Assembly (NCBI RefSeq): GCF_009914755.1
Contig: NC_060933.1
Length of the DNA: 64,000 bases
From: the human T2T-CHM13v2.0 reference genome, Homo sapiens
Direction: 5' to 3' (one strand)
This document shows, piece by piece, positions 1 to 14,093 of this stretch (the first letter of the stretch is position 1; each line of letters starts with the position of its first letter). The translations under genes and the position numbers were made by a program. The notes beneath the pieces are model-generated. The model ran no database searches, was not told the DNA's origin, and saw only the letters and a list, made by a program, of their open reading frames with translations.

Positions 1-320
1 AATGTCACCTAGATTCTCCAGCCACTGAAAATATCCCTCAACAAGTAAAGGTGAAGAGATAGCAGTGTTCTTTGGGAAAAAGAAAAATGATCTCAGATAA
101 AACCCAAAATGTAGGGAAAAAAATGAAGAGAAAAAAGAGCAGGGGGTGGAATGCGTGGTGAGAGCTAATGACTGCATTAAACAATAATATCTGTAAAGTT
201 AAAAATACTCATAGTATCTGAAAGTATCTAACAACAGCAACAGATACGTTGAGGGGGGTTAAATGGACTTCAAATGTTATAAGAATCCTGTATTGTCCAA
301 AAAAAAAGATAAAAGTACAA

Positions 321-579
321 TTTTTTTTTTTTTTTTTGAGAAGGAGTCTTACTCTGTCACCCAAGCTGGAGTGCAGTGGCACAGTCTCGGCTCACTGCAA
401 CTTCCGCCTCCCGGGTTCAAGCAGTTCTCTGCTTCAGCCTCCCGAGTAGCTAGGATTACAGGCACCTGCCACCACGCCCAGCTAATTTTCATATTTTTAG
501 TAGAGATGGGGTTTCACCATCTTGGCCAGGATGCTCTTGAACTCCTCACCTCCTAATCCACCCACCTTGGCCTCCCAAA
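321..579 (-). mobile_element. Alu, 5'-truncated
   Basis: Poly-T followed by reverse-complement Alu right and left arms. Confidence 0.9.
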
Positions 580-1289
580 AATACACTTTTATATTAAGAG
601 TTTGATAAAGTGAGACTGCATGAAGTAATGCCAAGTGTCCGTTAAAATCAGTTAAGAGAATAAAACCAATATAAATCTAAAATCAATCTAAAATCTACCA
701 ATCTAAAAGAAAGCCAAAAAAAAAAAAATACAGGACAGATGGAACAAATAGAAAGCAAATAATAATCTGGTAGATTTAAACCTAAATATGTTAATAATTA
801 CAATAAATGTAGGTGAACTAAATGCTCTGATAAAGAATAACTATATTCTGCTTAAAAGACATATTTAAATATAAAGACACAAAAGGCTAAAAACAAATAC
901 TAAACAAAAAGATAGCTTACGCTTACATACATAGTAACACCAGCAGGGTTAAGATTCTGTCAAATTTGTAATATTAACTCACACACTCAGAAGTTTCAAG
1001 CTTTTCCAATTAAAATAATTTTATAGATTAGTAGTTTTAAGCTCTGTTTAATTTACATCTAATCTTTAAATCTCCATTGTTATTTATAAAACTAAATTTA
1101 TCTTTCACCAAAGCAATGGTGTAGAAACTAAATGGAACGACTGGCAACTTATTTTTCATAATTATCACAAATTCACTTTGAATAAGTCTCTTACCTTTTT
1201 CTTAGTTTATTTAAACAAAACTTAAATGTTATATGCAAAAAACCTGATGGTTCACAGTATTGTAAAGAGTAATTATATAATATCTGAAA

Positions 1290-3637
1290 TTGGGCGAATA
1301 TTTACATCCCCCCTCCCATCCCAATTCATATGTTGAAATCCTAATTCCCAAGGTGATGGTATTAGGAGGCGGGCCTTTGGGAGGTGATCAGGTCACAACA
1401 GCAGAGCCCTCTTGAATGGGATTAGTGCCCTTATAAAAGAGACCCCATAAAGATCCCTCAACCCTTCTGCCATATGAGGTTACAGTGAGATGACCACTGT
1501 CTATCAAAGAACAAGGCCCTCCCCAGACACTGAATCTGCTGATGCCTTGATCTTGGACTTCCCTGTCTCCAGAACTGTAAGAAATAGATTTCTCCTGTTT
1601 ATAAGGTATCCAGTGTACGGTATTTTGTCACAGTAGCTCAAACAGACCAAGACAGAAACTGACACCAAGAACTGGGGGTGCTATTGTAACAAACATGTAA
1701 AAATGTGGCAGCAGTTTTGGAAGTGGGTAGTGAGTAAAAGCTGTAAGAGTATGGAGGTGCTTGCTACAAAAGGGATACATGGCTGTGAATGGCCCATAAA
1801 GAGCAATTCTGGTGAGGCTCAGAAAGAAAACAGGAAAGCTATAGAGAAAGCTTCAGACTTCTTAAAGAATACTTAATAATCCTGATAGAATGTTGGTAGA
1901 AATACGACAGTAAAGGCCATTCTGATGAGGTCTCAGATGAAAATGAGGATATTTGGCCAAGGAAATTTCTAAGCAAACTGTTGAAGGTATGGCTTGGCTT
2001 CTCTTGATTGCTTATAGTAAAATGCAAGACAAGAGAAATTAAAGATGGAATCATTCACGAGAGAGGAAGCAGAACTTAAAAATTTGGAAAACTCTCACCC
2101 TGTCTATATTGTAACAAACGAGAAAGACAGTTTGGGAGGAGAGAATACCAAGGGTGTAGCAAAAGGACCAACTGATAAGGCATAAAGTCAGCCAAATAAA
2201 CAGAGCCAGGAGCTATTGTCCAAGACAAGAAAAGAACGACCACCCTCCCTGACAGGCAATTCAGAGATCATCAGAGTGGTTTCAAAAGAGGAGCCACCTG
2301 TGCCTGCAGGTTCACACACTCCACTCCCTGCAGTCTGGCACCCTGCTCCTCTGCAGCACAAGGTGAGGCTCTGGAAGGCCCAGGTGTGGTACACATGCAG
2401 TGGTCACCACTTCAGAGGGCACAGGCATTTGGCAGCATCCATGTGTGCTGTCTCTGCTGAGCCCCAGAATTCACCAGCCTGGGAAGCATGGTTACCTCCA
2501 CCTAGATATCGAAGGATGGAGCCACAGGCACAACACCCAGGTAAGGAACCACCACAAGGGCAAGGCCACCACAAAGAGCTGCTACTAGGGCAAGGCCCAG
2601 CAAAGCCATGGGGGCAGGACTGCCTGGAGGCTTAGGGATCCAACCAATGGCCAGCAAAACTGCAGGGATGGAGCCTCCACTCTAGTGTGTCCAGAAGGTG
2701 GAACGGCAGCCCCAGTGGGCCTGAAGAGCAGAGAATGCAGCTAAAGATCATTTTCAAGCCTTCAGGTTTTGGACATGCTCAAGAATTGTCACTTCTTTTT
2801 CTTTTTGGAATAAAAATGTCTGTCCTGTTCTTGTCCTACCATTGTATTTTAGAAGCACCTAACTTGGTTGATTCCACAGGCTCACAGCTAAAGGAAAATT
2901 TGCCTCAGGACAAATTATACCTTGAATCTCACCCATATCTGATTTAAATGACACAGTCATATGCTCCAATGATGTTTCAGTCAACGATGTAATGCATATA
3001 TGACAGTGGTCCCAATTATAATACCATATTTTTACTGTGCTTTTTCTATATTCAAATATGTTCAAATACAGAAATACTTCCCATTGTGTTACAATTATAT
3101 ATAGTATTCCATACGGTCACATGCTGTACAGGCTTGTAGCCTAGGAGCAATAGGCTATACCATATAGCCGAGGTGTGTAATGGGCTATACCATCTAGGTT
3201 ACTACAAATACACTATATGATATTCATACGATGATGAAATCACCTAACAACACATTTCTCAGAATGTATTCCTATTGTTAAACGATGCATGACTATATTC
3301 AGATGAGTCTTTGGACTTTAAACTTTTGAGTTAATGTTGGAATAAGCGAACATTTTGGGACTATTGAGATGGAAATGATGTATTTTGCTTGTGAGAAGGA
3401 CATGAATTTTGGGATGGGAACAGGGATGAAGGGTAATGAACTGAATGTTTATGTCACATGAGGTTACAGTGAGAAGAAGGCCACCTATGAGGAAGCAGGC
3501 CCTCACCAAACACCAAATCAGCCATTGCCTTGCTCTTGGACTTCACAATCTCCAGAACTGTGAGACATAAATTTCTGTCATTTATAAGCCATCCAGCCTA
3601 TTGTATTTCATTATGGCAGCCTGAGCTGACTAGGACA
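1290..3637 (+). mobile_element. MaLR provirus (MLT1A-like): 5' LTR ~1290-1654, internal region, internally deleted 3' LTR ~3433-3637
   Basis: Two similar LTRs ending ...ccaagaca and ...ctaggaca, both with 'tgaggttacagtgaga' and 'cttggactt...ctccagaactgt'; MaLR-internal-like sequence between them. Family named from memory. Confidence 0.8.
2954..3295 (-). mobile_element. Tigger3/MER7-type DNA transposon nested in the MaLR internal region
   Basis: Terminal inverted repeats cagtcat.../...atgacta, internal 'tgtagcctaggagcaataggctataccat' typical of Tigger3. Confidence 0.8.
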
Positions 3638-4605
3638 ACATCTGTCAATGAGTTACTACTTATGTTGAAAAAGACATTTAATGTAAATATTTATTCTTAT
3701 TGCTGCAAGTATTCAAGCTTATTTGATATACATTGCCTACAAATGAAAATAAATTAATTTATAACAGATACTGTATCTCGGGAAATAGTTAAAACCAAGA
3801 AGGATAAAACTGAATTGAGGGCTAAGTTGTGGAATAACACGATCCACACTGCAGACAGGTTGAATAAAGCAAAATTCTGGCAGGGAAAGATGGATTTGAA
3901 AAATTATGAAAGGGTGAACTCAACTAAAAAAAAAGTTAGGGGAATTTATATTCATTAACTTGATACCTCAGTTTCACATTACGACCAGGAAATAGATTAA
4001 AAATTACAAGGACAAAGAAGGGATCCAGAAGAGCACAGACAATAAAGAGAAAAGGACAGGGGGGTGATCTTAGTAAAAGGTAAGTGGTCTCCTAGTTCCA
4101 TCTCTAACACTGTCATTTACCCTTTTCACTTACACTTGGAAATGTGTCTTCCCCTACTGATTCCATGCTGCCAAATGCCTGTGCCCTACTGATTCCATAT
4201 TCATCATTATGACCCTCCAATGCTACCTAATACTATCTCCTCAAGCAATCATTGCCCCTTATCCTCACTATTCTTATTGGAGCACTCATCCTCGTCTCAA
4301 ATGTAAATGATTCCAAACACCTTCCTTAAGAATTTTTTTGCCTCCACCTTCCCAGTTTCAAAAAAATGCATATACTTCTTTCAGGTAAAATAGTGGCATA
4401 CTTTGCCAGTGGCTTTAAAACTCCCAAATGACTAAAGGATAAAGTCTAATGTGCTTACATGGTTAATTTGGGCACTATAAGACAGTGCTCTTCCCAGAAA
4501 TCTAATTCAATTGAATTTTTAAATCTGACATAGCTACCTACCTCTTATTCAACTCAATATGTGACTGGCACACATTGCAAGGTACCATGAATGGCACATT
4601 ATGCA

Positions 4606-4659
4606 GCACTAAAGGGCACAGATATAGTCTCTGCACTAAAGGGCACAGATATAGTCTCT
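4606..4659. repeat. Perfect 27-bp tandem duplication
   Basis: gcactaaagggcacagatatagtctct x2. Confidence 0.95.
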
Positions 4660-4724
4660 GGGGTTAACTAGGAGTTAGCCAGGCAAAGTGTGAGCAAAAG
4701 GCTTCTCTTAAAAGTTGGTATTGA

Positions 4725-5036
<312 letters not shown>

Positions 5037-5795
5037 GGCTGGTATAGAAAAGTACACACTTTCAGGTTCCTGTTATCCCTGTCCCAAAGACAGAGCAATG
5101 ATTAGGTAAAATACAAAATAGGATGACAAAAAAGACACATATGCATATAGAAATAAGATATATATCTCCTTGGACCGGAAAAAGAACAGAATCACGAAGT
5201 CAGGTCATGGGTGTGCCGCCAGGTCCAAATGCAGGCAGCAGTAGCTCCTTCAAGGCAACAGAGAGGCTGACAAAGTGCCCTACAGGCAGGGAACTAAATT
5301 CAGACTTGTGAATGCAGCAGCTGGAGTAAGGCTTCCCACTTTAGAAAGGAGGCTGAGAAAATAAGGCTGAGACTTCTGCCTAAAGCTAAAGACTTTATAG
5401 CATTGCAATTATAAAGTCAGAAAGAAAAGACAGAGGGAATCACAGCCAGAACTTTCATGAACTCAGTGACTTGTCCTGGAAAATCCCCAATCACTGAAGG
5501 ATGGGAAGTCTGAAATGTTAGTATCATGCTACCATAAACTTGTGCTGGAGCCCTGAGAGGGCCAGGTAGAAAGAATCACAAAATCATTAAGAGGTTACGG
5601 GGAGAGGCTTGAAAGGCCTGGGAGTGGGGGACTCTACTTAAAATGAGCCTGCAAACTATAGGATCATGAGAAACAGTGGATGAATTTACCAACACAATAA
5701 AAATAAACAGCACAATCCACAAGTGACTTTAAAAGTCTTTAGGGTCTTCAAAGAAGGAAAGAATAACGGCCATAGGATATACAAGAAAATGTGAG

Positions 5796-6131
<336 letters not shown>

Positions 6132-6594
6132 TTAGATGAGAAATACATAGTCATTAAAAGAAAAATCTCCCAGGAGATAAGTTCTGGGAGTAGTTGGTGA
6201 ATTATAAAATGCTACTGAAGAATTTACCTAGACTGTAGCAGGAAAAGGAAACATGAAAAAGCAGTTAAGAGATATGCATGGAGAACAGACTGAGAAATTC
6301 CAATACAGGAATTCTAGAAGAACAGAATAAAGGGAATGATAAAGAAGCAATTTTCAAAGAGAAAGTGGTTGAGAACTTCAAAACTGAAGACAAGAGTCCT
6401 CAAATTAAAAGTACCTATTAAGTGTCAAGCAAGATAAACTAAAAATAAGTCTACTCCTAAACATAATGTACTGAAACTGAACCAGATTGAGGATAAGAAT
6501 AAAATCTTAAAGAAGTGGAGGCACAGACATTTTGGTAGAGAAAACCAAAAATGCAAAGACCCTAGGGTGACAAAGAGACTGATCTGTTCTAAAA

Positions 6595-6895
6595 TAAGGC
6601 TACTCAAGGTGTGGTCCATTGACCAGTGTGGTCCACAAACTCTTTGTTACTGGCCCATGGTGACAAAAGTACAGAAACTGAAATGAAGTGTTCAGAAACC
6701 TTTATAACAATCTGACACAGAAATTATAGGTCTGGTGATCTAATAATAATAAATTAGCACTTATATTTGTATTCTTTGGGGTCCTCTCTCCCATTTTCAT
6801 AGTGTTTCATTCTTATATTTTTATTCAAGTATCAGTACAGAAAAAGTTGTAAAACAGAAACTGGTCCTTTGCCATAACTGGTTTAGAAGCACTGT
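6595..6895. mobile_element. hAT-Charlie-like DNA transposon relic
   Basis: Ends resemble 'ctcaaagtgtggtcc' and 'tttgagaagcactg' hAT termini; family not resolved. Confidence 0.5.
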
Positions 6896-6899
6896 TCTG

Positions 6900-7610
6900 A
6901 AAATTCAAGGGTGGTCAGTGCAGTTAGAATGATAAGGATACAAAGTGAGAGTAGGACAAGCTCAAAGAGGAGAGGAAGGTGTAGGTGACTTACGCTGGAC
7001 CTCAGAGACTCTGATAATGGATATATTCCATTACACACCTGGGACACCGATAATGGTTTCTAAGCACACGAGTGACCAGTGCATGCAAAGAAGCTGGAGG
7101 ATACCAGAAGTAAAGTACATGGAGCAAGACCAGTCAGAAGGTTACTGGAGTTGTTCAGGCAAAGGGTAATGGCAGCCTGGACTACTGTAATGGTAAAGGT
7201 GATGGAGAGAAATGAAAGCTCTGAGAAATATCTCAGAAGAGAAATCAAAAAGTTCTGGGTGATGGATTGGGTTAAGGGTAAGCGAGAGGAAAATGCCAAG
7301 AATAAGACATGAGCATCTGGGTGGACAGGGGTGGCTAAGAATGAACAGGTTTGCTATGGGAGCAGCAGTCACAAACTGAGTTCTAGACCAGTTAATTTTG
7401 TGTCCAGGTGTACATAAGCAAGTTGGAAGATGGATCCACAGGTCTGGGAGATTGTAAGTATTTTGGAGTTGTCAACATACAGATAGAATGTAAACTCACA
7501 GGAATGAATATCACCCACAGAAAGCAGGTAAATTGAGAAGTGGAAGAGGAGAAAAAGCAAAAGAAGATGAAGGAAAAAATGCTCAGAGGAAAGTTTATGA
7601 ACACACCACC
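6900..7610 (-). mobile_element. L2 relic
   Basis: Purine-rich degenerate L2-like phrases (e.g. 'gcaagaccagtcagaaggttact', 'ttggagttgtcaacatacagat'). Confidence 0.6.
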
Positions 7611-8485
7611 CCTGTTTCCCCCCTCAACAAATAAACCCAAGTGACCTGTGTTAATTAACTATGGCTGTTGTTACCAAAGTAACTTTTATTAGTGATCACT
7701 GATGCAGAGCACAACTAAAGGACAAATATCAACAGCTAAGAGAAGGAGGTAAAGATAAGAAATAGTACAACATCCCCCACATCACATTACCAATAATGTA
7801 AATAATGACAAGAATTTGCACTTATTCCTGAAAAGTTTCCAAGAGCAAGAAAAAGAATAGCTGAATGAATATACTATATTATATTACTATAAAATAAGAT
7901 ATTAAAATAATAAATAGCAGTAACTAAGGAAAAAAGTTTTGCCAACCTGTATTGGGTGGGGGGAAGCAGGCTTAAAAGCAGCAAGTATATACTAATGATC
8001 TGATCTGAAATTATAAAGCTGGCTAGTTTTATCTTCAGCCCACAATCAGAACCTCCCTCATTCCCCTTATTTACTCTATCTGTATTATATGAAAAACAAA
8101 ACAATAACAACAAATTTACATTTAAGAAGCAGCGTGCTGAATAGCTGTACGCTAGTAGCGTGTCATATTACACTGGAAGTATCCACCTCAAAAAACAACT
8201 CCAGATAGCTCTGCAGCCACCACTCTCCTCAGAGTACCACATTAGCTGTTGCTTACATCATAGAAGTCCCAGGCTACTATAAGCTTCTAAATGTTTTGAA
8301 TTAATACATTTTTCATATAGGATGGATCATTTATCATTCCATACTTAAAGACATATACAATTACTATTTCCTCTTCTATAAAATCTATACTCATTAGCAA
8401 AGAACTGAACACTTGCTCCTCTGATGTTTTCTTCAGCCTTAACTTTTCTAAGCTCCAGATAAGTCTTTCCACCTTACCTAGTCTA

Positions 8486-8859
8486 CAGTAGTCCCCTATT
8501 ACCTGCAGAGGACAAGACCAAGACCCCTCTGTTCATGCCTGAAACTGTGGACAGTAACAAACCCCATATATCTGTTTTTTTCCATATGATAACTGAGACA
8601 GCTACTAAGTGACTAAGGGGTAAAGGGGATGGGTAGAGAGTGTCTATAGTGTGGCTATGCTGGACAAAAACAATGACTCATGTCCCAGGTGGAATGGAGT
8701 GGGATGGCAGGAGACGTCACCAGACTACTGAGAACAACATGCAATTTAAAATTTATGAATTGTTTATTTCTGGAATTTTCCATTTAATGTTTTTGGACTG
8801 CATTTGACCACGGTTAACTGAAACCACAGAAAGTGAAGCCAAGGATAAGGAGGCTACTG
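8486..8859 (-). mobile_element. MER44 (Tigger7-type) DNA transposon
   Basis: TA-flanked terminal inverted repeats cagtagtcccc.../...ggctactg; internal 'tctggaattttccatttaat'. Confidence 0.8.
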
Positions 8860-9299
8860 TATTTTCCATTGCTAACTTTGTTTCCTTCACGTTCAGCTGC
8901 TATTTCTTTACCAAACCTCATCTACTATTATCTTTCAAGCCCTACCCTAAAACCTAATGATTTGGGAAAAACTCTCTCAGATAAATCCAGCCTTCACTCA
9001 GTCACTCTTTTTCTTCAAATGTCTATGTAATTTTTAACTGTTATTTTTGTACTCTTTTATAACACTATCATGCCACTTCACAAACATAAACTGTGCTTTT
9101 TCCATCATACTATCGACTCCCCTCAGGACGTGAGCTCTCATTTCCCATTTCTTCTACTTTTGCAGAGATTCTAGCTCAACACTCTGCCCATGATAGGTTG
9201 CAATAAATACCTAAACACAATGACTCATTAATAGAACATAATTGGTCAATGAATAGCTACTACATGAAAGACACTGAGATTACAAAAATAATTTTTAAA

Positions 9300-10330
9300 A
9301 AGCTCCCTCCCTTTGGATTGTTGGAGCCTAAGCAGGGTGAGGAAGGCATCCGAGAGAGAGCAGTGAGACAGAAGATTAGTTACACACAGGCAGGTTGATC
9401 AAGTAAGAAAAAAATATTCAAGATAATGACAGCCAGGTTTCTCACTGTTAAGGAAGGGAATTAGACATTTAATTTAAAAACTAGACTTAACCCTTAGGTG
9501 TAGAATCAGAATGGAACATATCACTGTGAACTCAGAATTTTTAGGTTATGTCTGTCTTTATTTGAGCATGCATGTATATGCATGTGTGTACATATATATA
9601 AATTCATGTATGTAAATACTTAAATATATTCTATAGCTCTGTCTACCAAGAGAACTTGGGAGCAGTAACATCACAAAAGCAATAAATAACTACTAGCACC
9701 GAGGCTTACATATAAATACCGTTTTCCACCAAAAGGAATCAGGAAGCATTGAAGAAATGATTGATGATTCCAACCCTGAGATAAAGAACATGCAGTGATA
9801 GCCTGGGAAATCCTGTTCTGCCAAAAAGCAAGGAAATCCGCAAAGAATGATGAGGAAATATAAAAAAACATAACAGAAGTTTGAAGGGGCCAAATCAGGA
9901 AAATTTTGAGCATCAAAATAAACAATGGCAGTAATAGATTAAAACTCACTGAATTAAAATTATAAATCATAAGCCCCATACATACAAATTTAAGGATGAA
10001 TAAATTAAAAGTTGGATGATAAAATGGAATACTGACAGTTTCAAAGTACGTGCCCATTAAAATATTTATTAATTACAAAAGAGGAAAAAACTACTTCATA
10101 ATGGAGAAGTTTGGCAGATACCATCTTAATTAAATGATCAAAGGGAATATTTTGAGTAATGGAACAAATTAAAACTGCGCTCTACGATAAGATGCAATGA
10201 GAAGCACACAGTATCCATGATAGTCTTGCCAAAGATGCATAATCTGAATATAATCATGCAACACACACAGACTCAGATTGAGAACATTTAATCCTCAAAA
10301 GCATCAGGATACAGAAGTCAAGGAAAAGTC
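9300..10330 (+). mobile_element. Old L1M 3' relic
   Basis: Degenerate L1MC/MD-like 3' UTR phrases ('ggagaagtttggcagataccatcttaat'). Confidence 0.6.
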
Positions 10331-10456
10331 AGAAGTATGTAAAAAATTCATTTGAGATAGACAAAGAGGAATGATAGCATGGAGGAAGAAGTGACTAGTT
10401 TGCCTACATCAATAAACAGGAGAAAGAGCTACAGTAAAATCTCAAAAGAAAACTGA

Positions 10457-11210
<754 letters not shown>

Positions 11211-11556
11211 GAATTAAAAGTTAAAAGGAGGCTTAAATATCAGTGAGAATTGACAATTTTTATATTCATTTCTATTCTTGTTTAGGAGGTACTTTGAAGG
11301 ATAGAGAATGCAGGTGATTATTTGTCTAAATTATCACATTTATGAGGAATGGAGTTCCAAGTAATGTTTGTCACACCTAAAACTACTATACTGACATATA
11401 CAACAGGGCAGAGCAATAAATTAACAAATTTGATGACAAGTTAATACCTAACAACAAAAATCATGAAGGTTCTATAAAATGAGACTATTGTTACCCATAT
11501 ACACAAAACCATAAAATGCTAATCTCTGGCATTATGATTAAGAATTATGACATGAA

Positions 11557-12970
11557 CTCCCTCTCCCTCTCCCTCTCCCTCCCCCTCCCCTTCCCCACGG
11601 TCTCCCTCTCCCTCTCTTTCCACAGTCTCCCTCTGATGCCGAGCCGAAGCTGGACTGTACTGCTGCCATCTCGGCTCACTGCAACCTCCCTGCCTGACTC
11701 TCCTGCCTCAGCCTGCCGAGTGCCTGCCATTGCAGGCACGCGCCACCACGCCTGACTGGTTTTCATATTTTTTTGGTGGAGACGGGGTTTCGCTGTGTTG
11801 GCCGGGCTGGTCTCCAGCTCCTAACCGCGAGTGATCCGCCAGCCTTGGCCTCCCGAGGTGCTGGGATTGCAGACGGAGTCTCGTTCACTCAGTGCTCAAT
11901 GGTGCCCAGGCTGGAGTGCAGTGGCGTGATCTCGGCCCGCTACAACCTCCACCTCCCAGCCGCCTGCCTTGGTCTCCCAAAGTGCCGAGATTGCAGCCTC
12001 TGCCTGGCCGCCACCCCGTCTGGGAAGTGAGGAGCGTCTCTGCCTGGCCACCCATCGTCTGGGATGTGAGGAGCCCCTCTGCCCGGCTGCCCAGTCTGGA
12101 AAGTGAGGAGCGTCTCTGCCCGCCCGCCATCCCATCTAGGAAGTGAGGAGAGCCTCTTCCCGGCCGCCATCCCATCTAGGAAGTAAGGAGCGTCTCTGCC
12201 CGGCCGCCCATCATCTGAGATGTGGGGAGCGCCTCTGCCCCACCACCCCGTCTGGGATGTGAGGAGCGCCTCTGCCCGGCAGCGACCCCGTCTGGGAGGT
12301 GAGGAGCGTCTCTGCCCGGCCGCCCCGTCTGAGAAGTGAGGAGACCCTCCGCCTGGCAGCCACCCCGTCTGAGAAGTGAGGAGCCTCTCCGCCCGGCAGC
12401 TGCCCCGTCTGAGAAGTGAGGAGCCCCTCTGCCCGGCCACCACCCCGTCTGGGAGGTGTACCCAGCAGCTCACTGAGAACGGGCCATGATGACAATGGCG
12501 GTTTTGTGGAATAGAAAAGGGGGAAAGGTGGGGAAAAGATTGAGAAATCGGATGGTTGCTGCGTCTGTGTAGAAAGAAGTAGACATGGGAGACTTTTCAT
12601 TTTGTTCTGTACTAAGAAAAATTCTTCTGCCTTGGGATCCTGTTGATCTATGACCTTACCCCCAACCCTGTGCTCTCTGAAACATGTGCTGTGTCCACTC
12701 AGGGTTAAATGGATTAAGGGCGGTGCAAGATGTGCTTTGTTAAACAGATGCTTGAAGGCAGCATGCTCATTAAGAGTCATCACCACTCCCTAATCTCAAG
12801 TACCCAGGGACACAAACACTGCGGAGGGCCGCAGGGTCCTCTGCCTAGGAAAACCAGAAACCCTTGTTCACTTGTTTATCTGCTGACCTTCCCTCCACTA
12901 TTGTCCTATGACCCTGCCAAATCCCCCCTGCGAGAAACACCCAAGAATGATCAAAAAAAAAAAAAAAAAA
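11557..12970 (+). mobile_element. Full-length SVA retrotransposon (C/D-like), antisense to AGTPBP1
   Basis: (CCCTCT)n head, Alu-like domain, GC-rich VNTR ~11995-12460, SINE-R, A tail; TSD aagaattatgacatgaa at 11540-11556 and 12969-12985. Confidence 0.97.
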
Positions 12971-13200
12971 GAATTATGACATGAAATTATCTCTGAGCCT
13001 ACAGCTTATCAAATTTGTATATACTAACTTTTAGGAGAAAAAGACTACCTATTTAGAAGTATATTTGGCAGATGTAGTTCAATTTTCAAAGGAATGCTAA
13101 ATTAGCTGTTTCTGATATATATAACCAGAAGGATACTGGACAGCCATCTGATGTGTGTAGACATCAACAAAATCTTTTGAAATATTCCTGACTCTAAGCC

Positions 13201-13510
<310 letters not shown>

Positions 13511-13802
13511 TAACTTAGATATTAGCTAAGTATAATATTTCTCACACTGTTCATTTTGGGGTTAAAAGTAAACCAGTACAACCACTAAAAATACTTGAAA
13601 TATATTTTTATTAAAATCTCATCCAAATATCAACATTAAAAGAATCAGCAATATAAATTGGAACAAATATTTGATGTATTAACTTAATTATATTAATTCT
13701 AAACATGCTCTTGCCTGTCAAAATTTCCATGCCTTTTCTGCTATTTTAATGAAGTCTAATAATATACTACAATATAATAAAAGAAAAAACAATTTTTTCC
13801 TA

Positions 13803-14093
<291 letters not shown>

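Noticed and set aside
2188-2947. 139-aa and neighbouring ORFs
   Set aside because: Within decayed MaLR internal sequence; no recognisable domain or splice context.
11516-12984. Cluster of long overlapping ORFs (up to 191 aa)
   Set aside because: All inside the GC-rich SVA; typical repeat-derived frames.
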